DNA from: Deltaproteobacteria bacterium GWC2_65_14
GTDB taxonomy: Bacteria; Desulfobacterota; Deferrimicrobia; Deferrimicrobiales; Deferrimicrobiaceae
Assembly (NCBI GenBank): GCA_001797615.1
Contig: MGPV01000012.1
Location: forward strand, 1-56,323
Direction of reading: 5' to 3'
DNA: 56,323 bases
The translations under genes and the position numbers were made by a program. The notes below the pieces were generated by a model. That model was not told the origin of the DNA, did no database searches, and worked only from the letters and a program-made list of their open reading frames with translations. Each line of letters starts with the position of its first letter. Within the stretch, counting starts at the first letter, position 1. Below are positions 49,288 through 56,323 of this stretch, piece by piece.

Positions 49288-50066
49288 TCCTCGAGGTCCG
49301 GGGGCTGACAAGGCATTTCGGGGGGATCCGGGCGCTGGACGGAATCGACCTGGGGATCTCCGCGGGGGAGCTGGTCGGGCTGATCGGCCCGAACGGGTCG
49401 GGGAAGACCACCCTGTTCAACGTCGTCACCGGCATCTATCGTCCGGACCGCGGGGAGGTCCTCCTGGAAGGAGAGGATATCGCCGGCCTGCCCCCCCATC
49501 GGATCAACCATCTCGGGGTCGCGAGGACCTTCCAGAACATCCGCCTGTTCCGGAACCTCTCGGTGCTGGACAACGTCCGGGTCGCCTATCACCGGCATAT
49601 CCCCTACGGCCCCCTGTCCGCCGTGTCCCGCACCGGGAAGTTCCTCCGGGGAGAACGGGAGCTGCTCGACCGGGCGCAGCAGCTTCTCTCCATCGTCGGC
49701 CTGGAGGACCGGAAGGAGGAGCTGGCCGCGGGCCTCGCCTACGGGGCCCAGCGCAGGCTCGAGATCGCGAGGGCGCTCGCCTCCGGGCCGAAGGTCCTCC
49801 TGCTGGACGAGCCGGCGGCGGGAATGAACCCGTACGAGGTGGGACGGCTGAAGGAGTTCCTCCTGGAGATCCGGGAGCGGTTCCGGCTGACCGTCCTGCT
49901 GATCGAGCACCAGATGAGCCTCGTGATGAGCCTGTGCGAGCGGATCGCCGTGATGGACTTCGGCCAGCTGATCGCCCGGGGGAGCCCCGGGGAGATCCGG
50001 AAAAACCCGGCCGTGATCGAAGCGTACCTCGGGGAATCAATACCCGCCAACGGGGCGGAAGGGTAG
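49284..50066 (+). CDS. livG: Branched-chain amino acid ABC ATPase
   Basis: GPNGSGKTT, RTFQNIRLF, LAYGAQRRLE, LLDEPAAG, IEHQM. Confidence 0.95.
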   Translation: MILEVRGLTRHFGGIRALDGIDLGISAGELVGLIGPNGSGKTTLFNVVTGIYRPDRGEVLLEGEDIAGLPPHRINHLGVARTFQNIRLFRNLSVLDNVRVAYHRHIPYGPLSAVSRTGKFLRGERELLDRAQQLLSIVGLEDRKEELAAGLAYGAQRRLEIARALASGPKVLLLDEPAAGMNPYEVGRLKEFLLEIRERFRLTVLLIEHQMSLVMSLCERIAVMDFGQLIARGSPGEIRKNPAVIEAYLGESIPANGAEG

Positions 50067-50077
50067 GAGCCGGGGCG

Positions 50078-50809
50078 ATGCTCTCCGTCGAATCGATCGA
50101 GGTCTTCTACGGGAACATCCAGGCGCTGCGCGGGGTCTCCTTCACCGTGCGCCGGGGGGAGATCGTCTCGCTCGTCGGGGCGAACGGCGCGGGGAAGAGC
50201 ACGACGCTGAAAGCGCTTGCCGGGATCCTCTCCCCCCGGTCGGGATCCATCGTCTTCGAAGGAAAGCGACTGCGCGGAGTCCCCCAGCACCGGATCGCCC
50301 GGATGGGGATCTCCCTGGTGCCGGAGGGGAGGGGGATCTTCGCGAACATGACGGTGCGCGAGAATCTCGAAATGGGGGGATACATCCGGCGCTCCGAACG
50401 GGAGATCGAAGAGGGGATCGCCTGGGTGGTGTCGCTGTTCCCGCGTCTGAAGGAACGGATCCGCCAGCCGGCGGGGACCCTTTCCGGGGGAGAGCAGCAG
50501 ATGCTGGCCATCGGAAGGGCGCTGGTGGCTTCCTCGAGGCTCCTGCTGCTCGACGAGCCGTCGATGGGACTCGCGCCGCTGCTGGTCCGGGAGATCTTCC
50601 GGCTGATCGGGGAGATCCACCGGGCGGGGACGACCATCCTGCTCGTGGAGCAGAACGCCTACATGGCCCTGTCGATCGCGTCCCGGGCCTACGTGCTGGA
50701 GAACGGATCGATCGCTCTGGCGGGGGATGCCGCCGACCTCATGCGGAACCCGAAAGTGCGCTCGGCCTACCTCGGAGAGGCGCCGCAGGAGGGCTCCGGG
50801 AGGGGATGA
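50078..50809 (+). CDS. livF: Branched-chain amino acid ABC ATPase
   Basis: GANGAGKST, LSGGEQQMLAIGRAL, LDEPSMGLAP, VEQNA. Confidence 0.95.
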   Translation: MLSVESIEVFYGNIQALRGVSFTVRRGEIVSLVGANGAGKSTTLKALAGILSPRSGSIVFEGKRLRGVPQHRIARMGISLVPEGRGIFANMTVRENLEMGGYIRRSEREIEEGIAWVVSLFPRLKERIRQPAGTLSGGEQQMLAIGRALVASSRLLLLDEPSMGLAPLLVREIFRLIGEIHRAGTTILLVEQNAYMALSIASRAYVLENGSIALAGDAADLMRNPKVRSAYLGEAPQEGSGRG

Positions 50810-50846
50810 CTCTCCGGGAACGGGAGGATGCTCTCCCGTCCCCGGG

Positions 50847-53800
50847 TCAGGGCCGGGTCGGACCGACCGGAACCGGCTCGACTACCGGAGGGGCCTGGCC
50901 GGAGAGGATCTCCAGGACCTTCCGGAGGAACTCCTTTTCTCCCCGCTCCTCCGGTTCGGGGATCAGGCTGATTCGCACCCGTTTTCCCCCGACCAGGAAA
51001 TGCTGCTCCGCGAGGGCGGTCCGGACCATCTGGCGGAGGGCGGCCCGGATCGCCTGTCCCTCTTCCGTCCGGGGGGAAGGGGCGGTCACGACGAGGCTTC
51101 CGTCTTCCTGGATCGAGCGCATCGCCTCCGTGAACGCGGACAGAATTTTCCCGAGGTGCGACAAAAACCGCTCCCTGTCCTCCGCGTCGAACCGGAGGAG
51201 GGAGGGTTCGGCGGACGACCGGCCCGCGAAGAGGACCGCCCCGGAGTGGGGCGGGCCGCCCAGGAGCGAGGGATCCAGCCAGGGCTCGAGGACCCGCGGG
51301 TCGGAGAGATCCATTTCCCGTGAAATCGGCTCGGAACCGCCTTTCCGCCGCGCTCCCCCCGGGTCGGGGGAGGTTCTCCCGATCTCGACCTTTCCCGGCT
51401 CGCCGGCCGATTCGACGATCGTCGTCACCCCGGCTCCCTCGCGCAGCAGCGCCTGCGCGCATCCGGTCGCGGCGCCGTTCCTCTGCACCGGACCGATGGA
51501 GAGCACGAGAAAGGAGGCGCCCGCCAGCGGCCCCTTCCTGGCCGCCGCGGATGGAGGGAACGAGGAAAAGGCGGGAAGGGAGGTCACCCCGAGGAAGGGG
51601 TCCTCCAGAAAGGAGGCATTCTTGGCCCCGAAAAGCACCGCGTCGGCCACCTGCTCGTTCGTGGGAGGAGCGGCCGGAACGGTGGAACGGAACCATTCCT
51701 TCGCACGGCCGTACCAGGATTCCATCTCGGAGCGGACCGCCTTCGGCATCCGGCTTTCCGCGACGGCGGAGAGGAACGCCGCCGCCGCCTTCTCCCGCCG
51801 GGACGCGGGAGAGGACCGGTCGAACGATTCGATGAACAGCTCCTCGATCTTCTTCCGCTCCGCCGCCCCCATCTCCCGGATCCGTCCGAACTGCGCGGCG
51901 AACTGGACGGCGTAGTTCCGCATCACCCAGTCCATCCGGGGTCCGGCGATCAGGCTCGGCGCGACATCCACGATCCGGATCCCGTCTGCCGCAAGTCCTT
52001 TCCGGAGGCAGAAGGAGAGCGACTTCAGCAGGATTTTCGACACCGTGTAGATGGTCCGGAAGATGTAGGGGTGGTCGGCGTAATGGGTCGACACGTTCAC
52101 GATCGCGCCTCCCCCGGTCTGCTTCCGGAGGATTTCCCGAAGCAGGGAAATGGCCGTCCAGGGACCGAGAAAGTTCGCGCGCAGGACCTGCTCCCAGCTC
52201 TTCCGGTGCTCCCGCAGGACGTCCCCGATGAGGGAAAACTCCCCCCCCGCGCCGGCGTTGTTCACGAAGGCGTCGATCCGGCCGAAGCGGTTGCGGGTCT
52301 CCTCGATCAGGGCGCGGACCCTGGCGGGTCGGGAGACGTCCGCGTCGACCCAGATGGAGCGGGCGCCCAGGCGCCGGATCGCGGACAGTACCGCGTCACC
52401 CGCCTCCAGGTCCGCTTTCGCCCGGGCGGCCTCCTCTCCGGAGAGCCCGGCGGCGGTGGGGCGCCGGCTGGCAATGACGACGGTCGCCCGTTCCGCGGCG
52501 AAGCGGAGAGAGATCTCCTTGCCGAGGTTCCGGATCCCCCCGGTGACGACCACGACCTTCCCGGCCATCGAGCCCGGCGCCTCCGCCGGCTCGGCCGGAA
52601 GACGTGCGATGGCGTTCACCTCGTCGGGAAGGAGGGTGACCCCCGACACGTTCTTTCCCTCCTCGAGCAGCCAGAGGACCGATGCGGCGGTCCGTTCCGG
52701 GTCCGGCTGGCGGTTCCGGCCGTCGGTCCTTCCGGGAAGGATCAATCCGATGTTCACCGCGCTCACCCGGGAAGGGGCGGTCCCGTCGGCCTGCGCCTTC
52801 CGCATGAGGGCGCGCTCCATCGCCTCGGTGGCCACCGCCGGGCGCAGCATCGACTGGAACACCTGGACCAGGTTGCGCTCCCGGATCGAGGGAACGCCGG
52901 AGAGGTCGGGGCCGACCAGGACGATGCTCCCGTCGACGCCGCCCCGGTCCATTTTCCGCTCGGCCTGCCAGCAAAGGAGCCGGGGAACGTATCCGAACCG
53001 GTCGACCGCAGCCGTCCACTCCTCGAAGGGGATCGTGGTCAGCGGACGCTTCCAGTCCGCGCTGCCGGTGAAGTGGAGCAGCAGGTCCAGTCGCGGGAGG
53101 CCGTCGAAGAGCTCCTGGACCTCCGCGAGGTTTCCCAGCTGCGCGGGAAACACGGTCGCCATCCCCTCGCCGCCGCCGGCGTTGATCTTCATGGCCAGCG
53201 CCTCCATGTCGTCCGTGCGGCTTCCGGCCAGCACGACGTTCGCTCCGGCCCGGGCCAGCGCCTGGACGGTCGCCGAGAACAGGGTGATGTCGTACCCTTG
53301 CGGGCTGTGCAGCGTGGCCAGGGCGACCTTCCCGACCATGTCCGGGTAGCGGGAGAGAAGAGCGGGGGAGGGAATCACGCCGGGAGGCTGTTCGTAGGTG
53401 ACCCCGCCCATGGGAAAGCGGTGTCCCCCTTCCGTGCGGCGGAACTCGACCCTTCCCATGTCGAGGGCGACGCGGGCGAAGTCCCGCGGGAGCACGAACT
53501 CCCGGGTCACCGTCCTGTCGAGGGTGTCCCGCTCCAGCGACTCGGGGGACACCTCCCTCCCGATCCTCGCCCTGGCCTTCGAGCCCTTGTCGAAGACGCC
53601 GGACCCCCGTTCGATCCGCTCCGTGGAGACCGCGGCCGGATTCAGGGAGAAGACGGTGATCTGTTTTTCCGCCAGCATCCAGGCGAGGTAGTCCCCCAGC
53701 GCCAGCTTCGCGGACTGGGCGGAGGTGTAGGGGAGGCGGCCGGGATAGGCGTGGAGCACGTGCCGGTGGATGCTTTCGCTGTAGAAGGTTCCCACCATGA

Positions 53801-55862
53801 CGATGACCCCGCCGTCCTTCTGGTTCTCCATCATCCGCGCCGCCTCGAGGCTGGCGAGCCAGGATCCGGTCAGGTGGATCGCCACCGCTTCCCGGTAGAG
53901 ATCGAAGTGGGATTCCCGGTAGGCCGATCCGAACTCCACCGGCCCCGACACTCCCGCGTTGTTGTAGAGGATGTCGATCCGGCCGAAGGCGCGCCCGATC
54001 TGCTCGAACATCTCGCCGACATATTTCGGATCCCCGACGTCCCCCTGCACGATGAGCGTCTGGTTCGTGAGGCCCAGGTGGCGGATCAGGTCGTCCATGT
54101 CGGTCTTCGTTTCCTCGAGCGGGGTGTGTCGCCTCCCGGTGATCACCACGTTTCCCCCGCGGACCGCCGCCTCCAGCGCGAGTGCCCGCCCCATCCCGGT
54201 GCCGCCGCCGGTGATGACCACCACCTTTCCGGCGAGCGAGGTGTCCGGGTACCGGACGTGGTTGAAGGAGTGGGTCCTCGCCACCTCCTTCCGGATGAGG
54301 TGGCTCGCCCGCGCCGGGTTCGTTTCCTCCCCGAGGGAGAGGAAGAGAAGGTAGAGGGGATCGCCCGTTCCGGCCGATTCGTAGAAGGCGGCCATCTCCG
54401 CACGGGCCTCGTCCGGCAGCGCCTGGTAGAACCGGTACCCTTCGATCGCCCCCTTCACCGCCACCGCGAACTGCCGGTCGAGCTTCAGCTTCTCGTCCGG
54501 AAAGGCTCCGTCGCGGACGAACCGGCAGGCCAGGATGGCCGGAATCCCCAGCGGAGCGGACCCCTCGGCGCTCCCCTTCAGGAGCGCCTCCACGAAGGAG
54601 CGCTCGAACACCCAGTGGACCCGGTCGTGCCCGTCGATGAACTTTGCGGAGGGCCGCTCGAGGTCGGGGAGGACATGGAGGATCCGGGCGCCCCCGGTCT
54701 CGCCGAGGGGATCGGGACCCCCTTCTGCCGGAGCGGGGAGGTCCGCCTTCTTCCGGATCTTCCGGAAGAGTTCGATCGATCCGTTCAGCAGCCCCGCCAG
54801 CTCCTTCGCCTTCCTGCCCGCCCACCCCTCGGCCTTTACGGCCCCGGATTCCAGGCGAAGCCCCTCGTAGGCCGGGTCGGCTCCCAGCGCGTAGGACCGT
54901 ATCGCGACTCCCGTGAGGAGCTCCGCTTCCTTCCGGACCGATTCCGGAGCCCCGGAATCCTTCTCCACCTTGCGCAGGTAGGTCAGGGCGCGCTCGGAAT
55001 CCCCCTCTTCGAGCGATCTTCGCGCAGACGCGATGCGATCGCGGGCCTCCTCCTCCCGCACCGATGCGCGCACTTCCTCCACCAGGTTCCGGTAGCGGGA
55101 CCCCATGCTCCGGGCCAGATCCACCACGCGCGTCTTCCGGGCCTGGTCTGCGCCGAACCGCGCCTCGAGCTCCTCCATGCGGAATTCGTCAGGCTCGTAG
55201 GAGGTGCCGAGGATCCGGTCGAAATAGGCCTCGTCGCGGTCCCGGCCCGCCTCCTCCGCGATGAAGCGGTTCAGGTCGCTCACCTCGGTCCCGTCCGGAC
55301 CCGGTGGGGAGGCGTTGTAGCCCGACTCGCAGAGAACGGCGACCATGTGGGGCAGCCCCAGGACCCATTCGAGGAGGGGATGGAGCACGGCCTGCAGGAG
55401 CAGGTGCGGCCGCGTTTCCGCCTTTGCGACAAACGCCCGGGGGAGGAAGATCCGGACCTTCGCCCCTCCCAGGGAGAGCAGCCCCTTTTTCCCCTCCCAG
55501 AGAAGCTCCCCGTCCCGCTCCACGAGGAGCACCTCGCAGGCCGGGCGGGCGTTCTCCCTGGGGAAGCCGGTATCCTCCCCAAGGTCCACGACCCGGACGC
55601 CGACCTCCCCGCTTTCCAGGGTTCGGAGGATGCGCGTCCGGATCTCTTTCGCGGCGGCCGGATCGATCTCCCGGAGGATGGGGGAAACGGGACGCTTCTT
55701 CAGGATCGACAGAATCCGGTCGAGCGTGGAGGCGGGAAGATCGGCAATCCTCCCCTCGTTACCTTTTTCCCGGATGAGGGAGGCGATCCGCCGGATCTCC
55801 TCGAAGGAGATCGAACGGTCCCCCGGGGCTTTTTTCGCGATCGGTCCGGCCGGTTCTTCCAT
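50847..55862 (-). CDS. 1671-aa multi-SDR protein: ~540-aa orphan domain, Mcr-C-like SDR pair, Mcr-N-like SDR pair (domain-permuted malonyl-CoA reductase-like)
   Basis: TGGGTGMG/YNNAG from aa ~543; TGGIRNLG/VNNAG from aa ~1099; YxxRxxY motifs at aa 706-712 and 1266-1272; two degenerate Rossmann domains. Mcr similarity is judged from my memory of the Chloroflexus sequence. Confidence 0.75.
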   Translation of the reverse strand: MEEPAGPIAKKAPGDRSISFEEIRRIASLIREKGNEGRIADLPASTLDRILSILKKRPVSPILREIDPAAAKEIRTRILRTLESGEVGVRVVDLGEDTGFPRENARPACEVLLVERDGELLWEGKKGLLSLGGAKVRIFLPRAFVAKAETRPHLLLQAVLHPLLEWVLGLPHMVAVLCESGYNASPPGPDGTEVSDLNRFIAEEAGRDRDEAYFDRILGTSYEPDEFRMEELEARFGADQARKTRVVDLARSMGSRYRNLVEEVRASVREEEARDRIASARRSLEEGDSERALTYLRKVEKDSGAPESVRKEAELLTGVAIRSYALGADPAYEGLRLESGAVKAEGWAGRKAKELAGLLNGSIELFRKIRKKADLPAPAEGGPDPLGETGGARILHVLPDLERPSAKFIDGHDRVHWVFERSFVEALLKGSAEGSAPLGIPAILACRFVRDGAFPDEKLKLDRQFAVAVKGAIEGYRFYQALPDEARAEMAAFYESAGTGDPLYLLFLSLGEETNPARASHLIRKEVARTHSFNHVRYPDTSLAGKVVVITGGGTGMGRALALEAAVRGGNVVITGRRHTPLEETKTDMDDLIRHLGLTNQTLIVQGDVGDPKYVGEMFEQIGRAFGRIDILYNNAGVSGPVEFGSAYRESHFDLYREAVAIHLTGSWLASLEAARMMENQKDGGVIVMVGTFYSESIHRHVLHAYPGRLPYTSAQSAKLALGDYLAWMLAEKQITVFSLNPAAVSTERIERGSGVFDKGSKARARIGREVSPESLERDTLDRTVTREFVLPRDFARVALDMGRVEFRRTEGGHRFPMGGVTYEQPPGVIPSPALLSRYPDMVGKVALATLHSPQGYDITLFSATVQALARAGANVVLAGSRTDDMEALAMKINAGGGEGMATVFPAQLGNLAEVQELFDGLPRLDLLLHFTGSADWKRPLTTIPFEEWTAAVDRFGYVPRLLCWQAERKMDRGGVDGSIVLVGPDLSGVPSIRERNLVQVFQSMLRPAVATEAMERALMRKAQADGTAPSRVSAVNIGLILPGRTDGRNRQPDPERTAASVLWLLEEGKNVSGVTLLPDEVNAIARLPAEPAEAPGSMAGKVVVVTGGIRNLGKEISLRFAAERATVVIASRRPTAAGLSGEEAARAKADLEAGDAVLSAIRRLGARSIWVDADVSRPARVRALIEETRNRFGRIDAFVNNAGAGGEFSLIGDVLREHRKSWEQVLRANFLGPWTAISLLREILRKQTGGGAIVNVSTHYADHPYIFRTIYTVSKILLKSLSFCLRKGLAADGIRIVDVAPSLIAGPRMDWVMRNYAVQFAAQFGRIREMGAAERKKIEELFIESFDRSSPASRREKAAAAFLSAVAESRMPKAVRSEMESWYGRAKEWFRSTVPAAPPTNEQVADAVLFGAKNASFLEDPFLGVTSLPAFSSFPPSAAARKGPLAGASFLVLSIGPVQRNGAATGCAQALLREGAGVTTIVESAGEPGKVEIGRTSPDPGGARRKGGSEPISREMDLSDPRVLEPWLDPSLLGGPPHSGAVLFAGRSSAEPSLLRFDAEDRERFLSHLGKILSAFTEAMRSIQEDGSLVVTAPSPRTEEGQAIRAALRQMVRTALAEQHFLVGGKRVRISLIPEPEERGEKEFLRKVLEILSGQAPPVVEPVPVGPTRP

Positions 55863-55863
55863 G

Positions 55864-56323
55864 CTATCTCTCCCCGGCCGGCAGCAGCTCGAGGAACGAG
55901 GACTGGAGGGGGTCCTTTTTCAAAAAGCGTCCGACCCATTCCTGTCCTCCGGGAGACGCCGTCACCTTCCCGAAGATCCGGGCGTCGTTCTCGAGGCCGG
56001 AGGCGAACCCGTGCTCGTATCCGTGGCGCATCGCAAGCAGCGCCTCCCGGGCGGCCGCCATCCGCGCGGTCCGAAGATCCGCCGCACGTTCCTTGTCCGG
56101 CGCGGCGCAGGCCAGGATTTCCCGGACTTCCGGGCGGGCCAGGACCGCGGAGAGCTCCGCGGACTGTGTCCCCGCGATTCCGTCCCAGTGCTTCGGGGAC
56201 CTCGCCCGTTCCCCGGAGGCGAACTCGCGGGCTCGGCGGACGGCGGTCGAAAGCGCGGTGGCGGAGGAGGAAAACTCGTCCGCCAGGCCGGCCTCGACGG
56301 CCGCGTAGCCGTCCACCGGCTCG
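55864..56323 (-). CDS. 3' end of a crotonase/enoyl-CoA hydratase-domain protein (runs off the window)
   Basis: VDGYAAVEAGLADE and AMRHGYEHGFASGLENDARIFGKV...GGQEWVGRFLKK are crotonase C-terminal helices; stop lies 1 nt before the next ATG. Confidence 0.75.
   Translation of the reverse strand, partial: EPVDGYAAVEAGLADEFSSSATALSTAVRRAREFASGERARSPKHWDGIAGTQSAELSAVLARPEVREILACAAPDKERAADLRTARMAAAREALLAMRHGYEHGFASGLENDARIFGKVTASPGGQEWVGRFLKKDPLQSSFLELLPAGER

Noticed and set aside
52396-54825. 809-aa and other long overlapping or antisense ORFs (e.g. 12637-14328, 15659-17551, 24855-26951, 36626-38758, 27099-28937)
   Set aside because: Shadow frames of real genes in high-GC DNA: Arg/Gly/Pro-rich, with no motifs.

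Overview
High-GC bacterial chromosomal window; gene content (Geobacter-type sdhCAB, fdhD-mobA fusion, tupABC, rubrerythrin) suggests a Desulfobacterota/deltaproteobacterial lineage (inference). Nt 1-12,400 is an accessory/defence region: four type II TA loci (HicAB, HigBA-like, Phd-PIN, a broken BrnTA), an ORF6N gene embedded in four self-similar odd-centred palindromes, and a WYL-led cluster (DriD-box-like site, small Cys4 protein, WYL regulator, MazG-like pyrophosphohydrolase, DUF2075 nuclease-helicase, HNH nuclease, frameshifted NUDIX). The rest is metabolic: a UGA/SECIS-containing DsbA-family selenoprotein candidate missed by the ORF track, sdhCAB, W/Mo-cofactor genes, a caspase-fold orphan, a trehalose cluster (otsA, otsB, DUF5752, treT), trxB, an 11-aa CxxCGC micro-ORF with its own RBS and terminator, and livKHMGF. 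At the right end is a 1671-aa protein that reads as a domain-permuted malonyl-CoA reductase (orphan N-domain, then Mcr-C-like, then Mcr-N-like), translationally coupled to a crotonase-domain gene. At least eight genes carry sharp internal deletions or truncation junctions. No tRNA, rRNA, CRISPR array, integrase or transposase was recognised. All family assignments come from motif recognition by eye; no database search was run.
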